Notes: generated from the letters alone by a model not told the origin. A DNA stretch of 64,000 nucleotides from Methanomassiliicoccaceae archaeon (GCA_040776945.1 JAXGZN010000001.1:224001-288000); one strand, 5' to 3'; counted from the first letter of the stretch, positions 38,811 to 49,079 are shown. Numbers and translations are program-made.

Positions 38811-39324
38811 CTCCGATGAGCTTGTCGAACCCGACGGCCTTCAGGATCTTCTGGAAGTCCTCGAGGGCCTTCTTGTCGCCCAGGGTGTTGACCGGGCGGC
38901 GGGACAGTCCGAGCTTCTCGCGGGCATCCTCGTATTTGGCGTTCAGAGGGATTGTTGCACCGTTTGCCAGGAGGTACTCTCCTACCTTGCGGTGCTCATC
39001 GGACATTATGCCTTCCTTCACCGCCATGTTCCTGAGCACGGTGATTATGTCGACGATCTCTACTCCACGGGGGCAGCGCTCCATGCAGGTGTAGCAGGTG
39101 GTGCAGGCCCACAGGTCAGGGGATTTCAGGACATCGTCCTTCAGGCCCAGTTGGGCCTTGCGGATGAGCTTCCTGGTCCGGAACGAGGTCATGCGTCCAG
39201 AGGGGCAGCTCCCGGTGCATGTACCGCACTGGAAGCAAAGCATCAAGGACTCGCCGCCATGCTGTTTCTGCACGGCCTCGGCAAAGTCAGCGTTCGGTTC
39301 CTTAGGAGATGGCAATTGATTCAC
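38803..39324 (-). CDS. hdrC: CoB-CoM heterodisulfide reductase subunit C
   Basis: CFQCGTCTGSCPSGR and WACTTCYTCMERCPRGV. Confidence 0.96.
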   Translation of the reverse strand: MNQLPSPKEPNADFAEAVQKQHGGESLMLCFQCGTCTGSCPSGRMTSFRTRKLIRKAQLGLKDDVLKSPDLWACTTCYTCMERCPRGVEIVDIITVLRNMAVKEGIMSDEHRKVGEYLLANGATIPLNAKYEDAREKLGLSRRPVNTLGDKKALEDFQKILKAVGFDKLIGGA

Positions 39325-39393
39325 CTTGAGCGAGTCAAGGTTTGAGGTTATATAAACTTATAGAAAAAAGAGCACTTATTTAACCTAAATAGG

Positions 39394-40218
39394 TTATACT
39401 CTCTCTCCGACCTTCCTCAAGGCCGCGATCAGTCCGCGCACCTTCGGGGTCTCCTTGCGGTAGACTGCGTTGATCTGATGGGCTAGTTTGGCGGGATCTG
39501 TATCGCTCTTGAGCTTCAGGCCCCTCCTCAGGACAAGCGACTCGTTTATGAAGAAGCTCAGTCCAGATGACATCATGATCTCGGGGGAGCGGTAGGCCTG
39601 AACTATCTCATGCTCTACTTCAGCGCTCTCCAGATGACGGAAGCCGATCCTTTGGGCACCGTACATGAAGCGGGCATAGCGCGCCCCCCGTTCCACGTGC
39701 AGCAGGCGATCGGTGGCCACCTCCTGCCATTTGACCCCTTCAAGGTCAAACAGATATAGAGGATCGTCGAGGACCAGAACGTCCATGAGGCCCGCGCGGA
39801 AGTCCTTCAGGTTCCGTTGGTCATCGGAGATGATGAGGTCGCACTCTCCTTTAGGGTCTGCAGCGGTCAGGGCGCGGAGGAGCATCTCCTCGGTGATCAT
39901 CGTGCCGCCTATGACCATCCCCTTCTCTGAGATCACCCGCCTGCTCAGAGCTATATATTCCAAGGCGATCCTTTCCCCCTCTTCGTTGAGGGACGTTCCC
40001 CGGGGGCTTGCCACCAGCAGTCCGGTCCCTACCTTGGTCTCGATCTGCCCGAGATACCGGTTCAGGACCGGAGTGGTGATCCCAAGACGGGCCGCGGCCC
40101 GGTTCTGGCTCCCCTCTTCATAGACAGCACGGAGCACTTCCAACTGCCGAGTGGTGAGGGTGGACCTGCCGACCTTGAAGGATACGGCGGGCTCGAGCTT
40201 CAGTTCACGGGAGGGCAT
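39394..40218 (-). CDS. LysR/ModE-type HTH transcriptional regulator
   Basis: LEVLRAVYEEGSQNRAAARLGITTPVLNRYLGQIETKVG HTH_1; start at MPSRELK inferred. Confidence 0.82.
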   Translation of the reverse strand: MPSRELKLEPAVSFKVGRSTLTTRQLEVLRAVYEEGSQNRAAARLGITTPVLNRYLGQIETKVGTGLLVASPRGTSLNEEGERIALEYIALSRRVISEKGMVIGGTMITEEMLLRALTAADPKGECDLIISDDQRNLKDFRAGLMDVLVLDDPLYLFDLEGVKWQEVATDRLLHVERGARYARFMYGAQRIGFRHLESAEVEHEIVQAYRSPEIMMSSGLSFFINESLVLRRGLKLKSDTDPAKLAHQINAVYRKETPKVRGLIAALRKVGERV

Positions 40219-40315
40219 GCGGCCTGGGGAAAGGCATGCAGGCATATCAACCCTGCACGCAATCCGGGCGATGCCGGGGAAACCTTTTGTACCTGCCTCA
40301 TCTTGAACGGGGAGG

Positions 40316-40780
40316 ATGAAGAACCGAACACTAGTCCTTGGTATCGGCAGTCCGATCATGTGCGACGACGCCATCGGCCTCAGGGTCCTGCAAGAGCTTG
40401 GAAAGAGGGGAGTACAGGGAGTGGACCTCGAGGAGGCATGCGTCAGCGGTCTGGACCTAATAGAGATCATGCTCGACCACGAACTGGTCATCATCGTAGA
40501 TGCCATCATCCAGTCCGGCCACCCGCCCGGTACGGTGATGGTCTTGTCGCCGGAGGATTTCAGCGATACCGTCCACGGCACCAATCCTCACGAGGCCAAT
40601 GTGGCCACCACCATCGAGCTCGGCAAGGTGCTGGAGCCGGACAGGTTCCCCAAGAAGGTGCGGTTCGTGGCGGTGGAGGCCAACGACGTCATCACCGTCA
40701 CCGACAAGATGACCCCCGAGGTGGAGGCAGCTCTTGAGCGGACCGTAGATAAGGTCCTTGAGCTGATCGCTGAGAACTGA
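40316..40780 (+). CDS. Hydrogenase maturation protease
   Basis: VLGIGSPIMCDDAIG, IIVDA, NPHE. Confidence 0.93.
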   Translation: MKNRTLVLGIGSPIMCDDAIGLRVLQELGKRGVQGVDLEEACVSGLDLIEIMLDHELVIIVDAIIQSGHPPGTVMVLSPEDFSDTVHGTNPHEANVATTIELGKVLEPDRFPKKVRFVAVEANDVITVTDKMTPEVEAALERTVDKVLELIAEN

Positions 40781-42055
40781 TCAGAAGTCAAGGTCCTCTA
40801 AGCTCTTAGCCTGCTCCTCCGACTCTTTCTTCGGTGCGTGCATGGCAAGGGCTAGCTTGTTCCGCACCAACAGGTGCTCGGCCGCTTTGAGGACCTCTTC
40901 TTCCGTTACGCGGTCCATCCTTCGCAAGGTCTCCTCAGGAGGGATCGCCTCTCCGGTTGCCATGAACATCTCCCCTAATCGGATCATCCTAGACTCGGTG
41001 CTCTCCAGCCTGCGGACGTAGGAGCCCTTGATCAAGTGCTTGGACCTCTGCAGCTCACCCTTCTCAAGCCCTTCTTTCTTAAGTCGTGCGATCTCCTTGG
41101 CCACCAGGCGGGCCACTCTCTCCTGGTCCTTTACCGCCGTGCTGTAGAACACGCTAAAAGTGCCGCAGTCCGTGTAGTTTCCGGACGATGCGTAGATCTC
41201 GTAGACGAGCCCAGACCTCTCCCTCACCTCTTGGAAGAGACGGGAGGAAGTCCCCATTCCCAGCAATGTAGCGAGCAACCGCTGCGCGAACCGGTCGGGG
41301 TGAACTGCGCTCAGGCCGGGGAACCCTATGCCCACGTAGGCTTGCTTATCGTCCCGAGGATATATGCTGAACCTGGCCTGGGGCACAGGCGCGGAACGGC
41401 CGTCCTGTCCGGATCGCGCTTCAAGGCCGTCGAAGGAGCTGGAGGCCCATTCCATGACCTGCTTCTTGTCAACGTTGCCGACGGCTACCACCGCCAGCTT
41501 GGGAGGCCGATAGCGCTCATGGAAGAACGAGCGGATGTCCTCCTCGGTGAAAGAGGAGACCGTGCTCACCGACCCCGCCTCCGACCGGCCCATGGGATGT
41601 TCGCCCCATAAGGTCTTGTTGAACAAAACATGCACGTAATCGCCAGGATCGTTCTCTAGCATCCGGATCTCTTGGACCACCACATTCCTTTCGACGTCCA
41701 GGCACTCCTTGGATAGCAGGGGCTGCAGGACCATGTCCGCAAGAACATCCTCGGCCACCTCCGCCGTCTCGTCCAAGGCGTAGGCCTGATAGGCGGTGAC
41801 CTCCTTGGTAGTGTATCCGTTCTGCTCTCCCCCGGCCGCCTCGATATCCTCGGACATCTGTCTCGCGGTGCGTTTCTTGGTGCCTTTGAACAACATGTGC
41901 TCGAGCATGTGGGCTATGCCCGCCTGATCGTCGCTTTCGTCCCGAGAGCCTGTGCCGAAGTAGGTGGAGAAGGACGCCGAGTGGGTGAAGGGGAGGCGTT
42001 CGATGATCACTGGGATGCCTCCCGGAGTGCTAAGGATATCTATCTCATCGGTCAT
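40781..42055 (-). CDS. M16 family Zn peptidase
   Basis: GSRDE...GIAHMLEHMLFKGT (HxxEH), SSRLFQEVRE. Confidence 0.94.
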   Translation of the reverse strand: MTDEIDILSTPGGIPVIIERLPFTHSASFSTYFGTGSRDESDDQAGIAHMLEHMLFKGTKKRTARQMSEDIEAAGGEQNGYTTKEVTAYQAYALDETAEVAEDVLADMVLQPLLSKECLDVERNVVVQEIRMLENDPGDYVHVLFNKTLWGEHPMGRSEAGSVSTVSSFTEEDIRSFFHERYRPPKLAVVAVGNVDKKQVMEWASSSFDGLEARSGQDGRSAPVPQARFSIYPRDDKQAYVGIGFPGLSAVHPDRFAQRLLATLLGMGTSSRLFQEVRERSGLVYEIYASSGNYTDCGTFSVFYSTAVKDQERVARLVAKEIARLKKEGLEKGELQRSKHLIKGSYVRRLESTESRMIRLGEMFMATGEAIPPEETLRRMDRVTEEEVLKAAEHLLVRNKLALAMHAPKKESEEQAKSLEDLDF

Positions 42056-42328
42056 GGCCGTCCATGGTCCTGAGGGAGGCTTATTACTTTGCATCGAACG
42101 TAGTTAATGGCCTCGCTAAGGGCGTCGCGGGAACAGGCGCGCCGCACGCTCCTTATCCTGGCTGGTCGGATCTTTAGGTAGGCGAAGGTCCTTGCGTTCG
42201 TGCCGTTGCATGGCGCGGCCCCAAAAATGGGGCCTTTGGACCCTTTACACGCCATCGATATCTGTGGTCAGGCTGATTCTTTCCAGCCAAATGTTATATA
42301 GAGACATACTGATTCTTTTCGGCCTGCC

Positions 42329-42841
42329 ATGGAGAAGAAGCATTTTATAAAAAAGGTCTGCCTCCTTGGGGATGGGGGAGTCGGAAAGACAAGCCTCATT
42401 GGCAGGTATGTCCTCAATTGCTTCAGCGATGATTATGTCGTAAGCTTCGGCACCAAGGTCTCCAAGAAGGTCATCGAGTATGAGGATGTGCAGCTCACGC
42501 TCATGATCTGGGACATCCTGGGACAGAAGTCCCAGAAGGCCCTTCATGGGGCATACTATAGTGGCGCTAACGGCGTCCTCCTGGTATGCGACAACACCCG
42601 GCCGGAAACACTTCTTCATCTGCTGGAATGGAAGAGGGACCTCGAGGAAGTGGTAGGAGCGGTTCCCCTCGTGCCGATCATAAATAAGGCCGACCTGCCT
42701 ACTGCTCTGGTGGGCGCAGACATAGCCGCTGTGAGGACCGCCCTTGGCCATGACTTCCTATATACAAGCGCAAAGATGGGCAGCGGCGTCCAGGAGGCGT
42801 TCGAGCAGCTTGGGCGCCAGATCCTGGGGGTGGCGCTCTGA
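42329..42841 (+). CDS. Ras-superfamily (Rab-like) small GTPase
   Basis: G1 GDGGVGKT, G3 WDILGQ, G4 NKAD, G5 TSAK; YYSGA and LLVCDNT Rab-like segments. Confidence 0.93.
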   Translation: MEKKHFIKKVCLLGDGGVGKTSLIGRYVLNCFSDDYVVSFGTKVSKKVIEYEDVQLTLMIWDILGQKSQKALHGAYYSGANGVLLVCDNTRPETLLHLLEWKRDLEEVVGAVPLVPIINKADLPTALVGADIAAVRTALGHDFLYTSAKMGSGVQEAFEQLGRQILGVAL

Positions 42842-43821
42842 ACCCCTTTTTTGTAATGCCCGCCGCGGCCCTCCTCTCTCTGCGCGAGGAGTTGGAGCTG
42901 CTCTCGCCCGGTCATGAGGGCGAGACCCTGCAGCGCACTGGATTCAAGGCCGGCATGACCTTAGTTTCCACCCTGGACGTACCATCCCCGACCCTGGAGG
43001 ACTTCCCTGAGGTGTTCACTCAGTTGTGGTCCGAGAGCGGGTTGTCCCGGGCCAGGGTAAGCAGGGTCAGCATGGAGGAGATCGTGGTCAAGTTCAATGA
43101 ATCGGTCGAGGCGGCAAGAGGGCGGAAGTGCGACTTCACCCGAGGCTATCTCGCTGGGATCACCTCCGGTCTTCTGGGCCGCCGCTATGAGGCTACGGAG
43201 GTGGCCTGCATGTCCCAAGGTTCAGAATGGTGCGTACACCATATAAGGCCGGCCAACATCCCCATGGCTGGGGCCCATCCTTCCACCATCTCCACCGACC
43301 GTAAATATAGGCTTGAATCAGGATGCTCTTACCTCATCGAGTCGGATGATGCCAGGGAGTCGTTCGAGATCATGGCCGAGTACCTGGCCCATGGCAGTCC
43401 GGGACTGTGCATCTCTCGCGAGTATCCAGACAAGCTGCGCAAGGCCTTCCGGCTGGACGGCGCGAGGCTCATTTGGCTCTCCTACGAGGGGGACCGGGGG
43501 AACGCCTTGGAGCCGACCAACATACCGCTGATCTACAGCGAGATAAAGGCGTTCCTGGAGCAGACCTCTGGAGCTGTCTTCTTGATAAGCGGGTTGGAAT
43601 ATCTCGTCTCCCAGACCAACTTCGCCAAGGTGCTGAAGTTCGTGCAGCTTCTTTCAGAAGCTGCTGCGGTGAGCGATTCGATATTCCTATTGCCCATAAG
43701 TCCCGGGGCCCTCACCACGCGAGAGGTCAAGATGCTCGAGCGCGAGTTCCGGGATATCGGGGCGCCCAACAATGGCTTTTCTACAAGCTTATTGGATAGC
43801 AGAAACGACACCGAAAGGTGA
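42838..43821 (+). CDS. V4R domain + DUF835 (inactive KaiC-like) protein
   Basis: CDFTRGYLAG..EVACMSQGSEWC (V4R); GLCISREYP, IWLS, SGLEYLV (DUF835); possible CTG start overlapping the GTPase TGA, otherwise ATG 42856. Confidence 0.85.
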   Translation: MNPFFVMPAAALLSLREELELLSPGHEGETLQRTGFKAGMTLVSTLDVPSPTLEDFPEVFTQLWSESGLSRARVSRVSMEEIVVKFNESVEAARGRKCDFTRGYLAGITSGLLGRRYEATEVACMSQGSEWCVHHIRPANIPMAGAHPSTISTDRKYRLESGCSYLIESDDARESFEIMAEYLAHGSPGLCISREYPDKLRKAFRLDGARLIWLSYEGDRGNALEPTNIPLIYSEIKAFLEQTSGAVFLISGLEYLVSQTNFAKVLKFVQLLSEAAAVSDSIFLLPISPGALTTREVKMLEREFRDIGAPNNGFSTSLLDSRNDTER

Positions 43822-43923
43822 TGCTCGCGACCGTAGCCCCGGCAATGCGGGGCCAGGGTGTGGACCCGATGGCCGGTCGTGGTGGAGAAATGCTTAAATT
43901 AGAGGTCTTAGTTACCACGCTTT

Positions 43924-44394
43924 ATGCGTCTCGTTCCAAAGAAGTTCTTCATCAGTTCTGGCTGCGCCGTGAGCAAGGTCTCCGACCTTAACGCGTTCGA
44001 CAAGGCGCTGCTTGAAGCAGGCATCGGGGAACTGAACATCGTATCTGTCTCCTCGGTCCTCCCGGTGGGCGCCGAGCAGGTCGGCATCAGGGAGCTGCCC
44101 ATGGGGGCCGTTACCCACTGTGTCCTTGCCCAGATGAGAGGAGGAGAGGGCGAGATGATCTCTGCCGGCATAGCCTATGGGTTCCGTAAGGACGGCAAGG
44201 GCGGCTATGTTGCCGAGGGCCATATCCATGGCTCCAAGAAGGCCCTCCGTGAGATCATGGAATGGAAGATGGACGAGATGGCCAAGCTCCGGGGGATCGA
44301 GATGGAGACCATAGAGTACCGCATTGAGGAGCTCTCGGTGCCCATGGACAACTATGGTGCCTGTGTTGCCGCATTGGTCTTCATTGAATACTAG
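43924..44394 (+). CDS. pdaD: Pyruvoyl-dependent arginine decarboxylase
   Basis: LNAFDKALLEAGIGELNIVSVSSVLP with SS cleavage site; GYVAE. Confidence 0.92.
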   Translation: MRLVPKKFFISSGCAVSKVSDLNAFDKALLEAGIGELNIVSVSSVLPVGAEQVGIRELPMGAVTHCVLAQMRGGEGEMISAGIAYGFRKDGKGGYVAEGHIHGSKKALREIMEWKMDEMAKLRGIEMETIEYRIEELSVPMDNYGACVAALVFIEY

Positions 44395-44820
44395 ATGTTT
44401 GGCGTGATAGTCTGCCCCCGCTGCGCCCTGGTGCAGGGAGCGGACCTTTCCGTGGCCCGGACCGCCTGTCCCCGATGCCAGAAGAGGATCGAGGTGAGAA
44501 AGGCCAAGGTCTATTTTTCAACAGATTCCTTGAAAGAGCTAGCGGAAGGGGTGCGGCAGGTGGGGGCACAGCTTATATATGACATCGAAGCGCCCGGCGT
44601 GAAGGCGGGGGCCCCGGTGACCGTGGCCGCCCGGACCGAGCGTCCAGACATACGGATGCTGGTCCTCGAAGTGCTTAAAGAGCGGGGAGAGGTCACCGGA
44701 GAGGAGATCGCGAGAGCCCTGGCCGGTGTGGGCGAGAGGGACCTTGACATAGCGATAGACAGCTTGCTGGGGTCTGGGCTCATGTACGAGGTCTCGGACG
44801 GGCGGTACAGAGCAGCATGA
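44395..44820 (+). CDS. Zn-ribbon (DUF1922-like) plus winged-helix protein
   Basis: CPRC...CPRC; C-terminal LLGSGLMYEVSDGRY. Confidence 0.78.
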   Translation: MFGVIVCPRCALVQGADLSVARTACPRCQKRIEVRKAKVYFSTDSLKELAEGVRQVGAQLIYDIEAPGVKAGAPVTVAARTERPDIRMLVLEVLKERGEVTGEEIARALAGVGERDLDIAIDSLLGSGLMYEVSDGRYRAA

Positions 44821-45946
44821 GCACGCGGTCCAGGTCATAAACTCCACCCTTGCTGATCCTCTTTGCAGATTCCTCATAGCTTACCTTAGTGTAGTCCTCC
44901 CTGAACACAGGGCCCTTGCCGTCAGAGTAGGCGTTCCGGTCGAAGGTCGTCTGGAAGGTGTAATAATAATCTGCCAAATGTGCTCCCGTTCCGTCATCGG
45001 TAAAGTCCACGAACCGATTGGGCCGGAAGACCAAGAAGTCCCGGTTGACAACATCGATCGTAACGTTCTCCCCGCCGCCGGATGATAGGGGTATGTACGC
45101 CTGCAGCCATCCGTGCCCGCCCCATCGGTCATCGGCGCTGACATACAGGGCGCCCATCTGTAACCAGGCCGGTATCCCCGCGGCACGTGCAAGAGAGCAG
45201 AATAGGATCGATTGGTCGTCGCAGTCCCCTTTCCTGGTTTGAAGGGTCTCCAATGCTGACTGGGGCTCTCCTTCCGACACGTCCGATGAGTACTCCACGT
45301 TCGCGACCATCCAATCATAGATATCCTTGAGCGCCTAATACACGTTGGTCTCGTTCCCCACGATGCTCTCTGACATCGCCGCTATAGATGGCGAGGTCAT
45401 GTCGATCTTGAAGCTCTCGGTGGAGGATTGACCGCTGGAGATGTTCCACTCATCGTGAAGGTATCGTTCCTTGAGCGAAGAGGGTATGTCGCCCTTGCCC
45501 AAAGACGAGGCCCGGTCTATGTTCCAGATGTGCGTGTACACCGTCACCTCGTAGGTGACCTTGTAGGTCATGCTGTCATTGCCGGCAATGGCGGACCCGT
45601 TCCACCCTGCCCATCTTTGGCCGTAACGTGGCTCGCGGAAGGAGGGCTGGGGAGAATATGACACAGATCTCACGTCCTGGATAAGGTACCCGTTCTGAGA
45701 GATGGACGCTGGTTCGCATATGTCGAGGTCATAGCTTATTATCTCGCCGCCGTTGGCCTCCACCGTCAATGACCTTTCCAATGAGAATGTCGCGCTCTCC
45801 GGGTAGCGGGGAGTGAAGGGCGAGTTGACCAGTTCCACTAGGAACGTTTGCACTGCGGGGGTCAGCAATAGCAGGACTATGATTATCGTCGCTAAGGCGG
45901 CCGCCCCGGCTCTGACGGCCTTACGCTTCTTCTTGTTCCTTTCCAC
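44780..45946 (-). CDS. Membrane-anchored transglutaminase-like protein with one in-frame TAG (45335-45337); readthrough or nonsense allele
   Basis: ORFs 45335-45946 and 44780-45310 are one frame: GNETNVY*ALKDIYDWMVANVEY; triad GDCDD / GGHGW / TIDV intact. Confidence 0.85.
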
Positions 45947-45973
45947 GCTAAATGAACACGGGACCAGGTACCT

Positions 45974-46720
45974 TCAATCTTTCGTCTTGGGTACCTTCCT
46001 CGCTTTCCTAGGCTTGCTATCGGTCAGCTTTGCAAGCGCCTCTTTGACATATCGAGGCAGCATGCGATAATGAACATAATGATAATAGATGGCCATGAAA
46101 GCGAAGGCCGTCATGAACAGCGCAATGGCCAGCGTACCGCTGTCGACAAATGATGCGCTCGATGGCGCGAGCATGAGGACATATGCCAAGTGCACCACCA
46201 CGGCCTGTGCGAAGAAGGGCCAGGGGGTCCCCCGTGCCACGCCCATGCCGATGGTCGTGCCAGTGGATATCTGGAGCATGGCCAGCATGATCGAGTAGAC
46301 CACCATCACCGAGATGGCCAAGGGATCGAACCCGGCCATTGCCAGCGCCCGGTTCACAACACCGTAGGCCAGAGCTGTGGCCATCCCCGCGCTCAGCCCG
46401 AAGGCATAGAACGGCGTGTCCGCCCTCCTCTGGAACCTTGGCAGGTTGATTATCATGAGCTTGGTCGCTTCCTCCAGAATAAAGCCGATCAAGGCATATT
46501 CCAGCGCCAGGAACAGGGAAACGGCATAGAGAACGGCGCCGATGACGATGCCTGCGGTGAACATGCCGAAGAGCTTGGGATCGCTGAAGTACGGGCGCTC
46601 CACCTTAGGATAGATATACCTCTGCAGGGTCCAGAGCATAAGGGCAAGGGACGGCGCGAAGCCGATCGCGGCGGCCACGAACGAGGCGTATTCCATCTGG
46701 CCGAGAGGACCGATTATCAC
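45974..46720 (-). CDS. Polytopic membrane protein (PrsW-like)
   Basis: About 7 TM helices, LEEATKL motif, AVVVH. Confidence 0.65.
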   Translation of the reverse strand: MIIGPLGQMEYASFVAAAIGFAPSLALMLWTLQRYIYPKVERPYFSDPKLFGMFTAGIVIGAVLYAVSLFLALEYALIGFILEEATKLMIINLPRFQRRADTPFYAFGLSAGMATALAYGVVNRALAMAGFDPLAISVMVVYSIMLAMLQISTGTTIGMGVARGTPWPFFAQAVVVHLAYVLMLAPSSASFVDSGTLAIALFMTAFAFMAIYYHYVHYRMLPRYVKEALAKLTDSKPRKARKVPKTKD

Positions 46721-46736
46721 TATTTAAATTGACTGT

Positions 46737-48647
46737 TTAGCTGACGAGCTTGTCGTAATAGTGCGCCACAACGCAGGCCTGGGCACATCTTCCGCATTGA
46801 TTGCAGCGGTCCTCGTTGACCAGGAGGCCGCGGTCAAGGCGGATCGCCTTGGCCCGGCAGTTGCGTACGCAGATGCCGCACTCGGTGCACAGCTGCGCCC
46901 GGAGCAGGGCTTTCGCCCCTGCCTCGAACATGGCGTGCGCCTTCTCCGGGGTGGGGCCGGTGGCGACCAATTGCCCTCCTCCGAAGACCTTCAGGGTACT
47001 GTCCTTCGTCTTTACCAAGGCGATCTCATAGTCGTTCGAGTACTTCACCTGACCCACCGTCTTCAAGGCCTCCGCGACCATGGAGAAGTCGCGCTTTCGA
47101 GGCACGGACAATACCCCCTCGGCCGAATAACCGCCGGTCAGGCAGGGGGATACGCCCTTCACCCACTTCAGGTCCAAGCGATCGGCACGGACCTCAGGCA
47201 GTCGGAGGCGCACCTCGTCGGCAAGCTGCCGCATCTTGCGAGGAAATATTTTCCATCGCCAAAAACCATACCTGATGTACTCTTCCCCGCCGCCGGCCTT
47301 CCTGGACCATGCCTTCAGGCGCTCCTCCCAATCCCGATGGAGGTCGGGGTGTATCTTAGAGGTGTTGCGCCATTCGCTCTCTAGACAGGAAGGGCAAAGG
47401 TAGCAGCCTATCCGCTCATAATCCATCTCATAGAGGGGATTGTATTCTATGTTCCTCCACCAAATGTAGCCCCAGACATCGACCGCCCTCCACTCTCGGA
47501 TGGGATTGAGGATAACTTGGTTCGGCACGAAAGGGTTCTTCTCAACGAAGGATATGTTGGAGCGGGCAAAGGACTCGTAGGCTCGGTTCCCCTCGATGGT
47601 CAGCGTTCCATCGGGAAAGTTTTTTTCGATGAGTTCGGTCAGAGGTGCTAGTTTGCAGACCTTGCAGCACCATCGGAAATCCTTTGCCGGAGGTCCAAAG
47701 GAACCGACCTGCTGCCAGAAAGCGTCCCCCGCGTCAGCTATCAGAAGCTGTTCCCGGTTCTTCTTGGCGAAGTCGCGCACATACTTGACGGTCTCCGGGA
47801 ACTCCAGGCCGGTATTCACGAAAATGAGGGTGAGCCCGTCCACCGCCCTGCTCGCCAATCCGTAGCATGCCAGCGAGTCCTTTCCCCCGCTGAACGACAG
47901 CGTGATGGGCAGCTTGTTGTTGCCAGCATAGGAACGTATATCGGAGACCGCTCTGGATTCCAGGGACCGGAAGTGCTTTTCGTTGACGTTGACGAACCCG
48001 GTCCATGAGGAGCGACGTTTGGAGACCTCCAGGGCTCCCTTGCCTACGTCCCGGATCCCTATCGCCCTCTCGGCGGTGGGCGCCTCATCGCTGGATGCTT
48101 TGGCCACAGCACTGCACACAAGGCTGCCTGCTATGACGATCAAAGGGTCCCCGGGATTGAAATCGCCCTTGATCTCCTTGATCATTGTGCCGGGGATGGT
48201 CTTCCCCTTCAGATGGCCTGTGTCGCGCCCCATTACCACCACCCCCTTCTTGGCGATGGGGTACAGCATGCGGGCCCCGCCCAGGCGCAGATCGAGCTGG
48301 AAACCGCAGGACCTAAGATCGTATCGGAGAACGCCGATGACCGTTCCCTGGTACACTATCTCATCGGTACGGTCCTCGCCGGCCACCTTGTTGAGGAAAA
48401 CGGTCCGGTTCCGGAGGAACTCGGAGGTACCGAAATGCCGATCGAAAAGGCTCGCGACCACGGTGTTGCTCTCTCCCATGCACGGCCGTATGTCACCGGG
48501 CTTGGAAACCTCGAAGTAACGGCCGGGAGATGAGCAGATGTCGCAGTTCGGACCAAGGATGAGCGTCCCGCAGTTATCGCACCATCTCAGGCCGACCTTG
48601 CCATGCTCGAAGTGAGGCATCCGATTAAAATGCGCTTGATATTTCAA
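46737..48647 (-). CDS. PAPS-reductase-family protein with PUA-like and 4Fe-4S domains
   Basis: SFSGGKDS, RWCCKVCK, RIGCYLCP, C-terminal CTECGICVRNC / CNQCGRCAQAC. Confidence 0.9.
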   Translation of the reverse strand: MKYQAHFNRMPHFEHGKVGLRWCDNCGTLILGPNCDICSSPGRYFEVSKPGDIRPCMGESNTVVASLFDRHFGTSEFLRNRTVFLNKVAGEDRTDEIVYQGTVIGVLRYDLRSCGFQLDLRLGGARMLYPIAKKGVVVMGRDTGHLKGKTIPGTMIKEIKGDFNPGDPLIVIAGSLVCSAVAKASSDEAPTAERAIGIRDVGKGALEVSKRRSSWTGFVNVNEKHFRSLESRAVSDIRSYAGNNKLPITLSFSGGKDSLACYGLASRAVDGLTLIFVNTGLEFPETVKYVRDFAKKNREQLLIADAGDAFWQQVGSFGPPAKDFRWCCKVCKLAPLTELIEKNFPDGTLTIEGNRAYESFARSNISFVEKNPFVPNQVILNPIREWRAVDVWGYIWWRNIEYNPLYEMDYERIGCYLCPSCLESEWRNTSKIHPDLHRDWEERLKAWSRKAGGGEEYIRYGFWRWKIFPRKMRQLADEVRLRLPEVRADRLDLKWVKGVSPCLTGGYSAEGVLSVPRKRDFSMVAEALKTVGQVKYSNDYEIALVKTKDSTLKVFGGGQLVATGPTPEKAHAMFEAGAKALLRAQLCTECGICVRNCRAKAIRLDRGLLVNEDRCNQCGRCAQACVVAHYYDKLVS

Positions 48648-49079
48648 GCTATCTGCTTTTCATCGCATGCGGCAGCGGGGCGAGGAGGACCGCGTTCCGG
48701 ATGCGATCATGCCGATAATCGCCGGCCATGCCGCCTTCGCTCCCTTGAGGAACATGGTCCGGCCGCCGTCGAGGCATCGGCCTCCGTGAAAGACTATCGC
48801 CTTAGTGCCCGGACCGCTCAAAATCTCGGCCGCAAAGGCTCGCTGGAGGGGGGGATCGTTGTTGTTGATGTTGCCTGATCATCACTACGGGCCTTAAGGA
48901 CCTGCTCCGACCTTATTATGGGCCCCATTGCCGGTCCTGCTGGTCAGGTGCCCGCCCATCGCCTCTTTTTCTAGACCAATGTCTGATCCGTTATATGTGT
49001 CCGGGGGCGGAAACCTCATTCGGATGGGGTCAATGGGAGGCCAAATTATATGAGGGGCCTAGGTCGTGAGCAGAGCAAG

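Noticed and set aside
37950-39324. hdrBC without adjacent hdrA as an anomaly
   Set aside because: Separate location of hdrA and hdrBC is common in methanogens
40219-40584. N-terminal extension of the LysR-like ORF (396-aa call)
   Set aside because: Antisense to the hydrogenase maturation protease; the HTH begins after MPSRELK
48650-49040. Possible small gene or remnant between the PAPS-reductase and M50 genes
   Set aside because: Open stretches lack starts or recognisable motifs in all frames read
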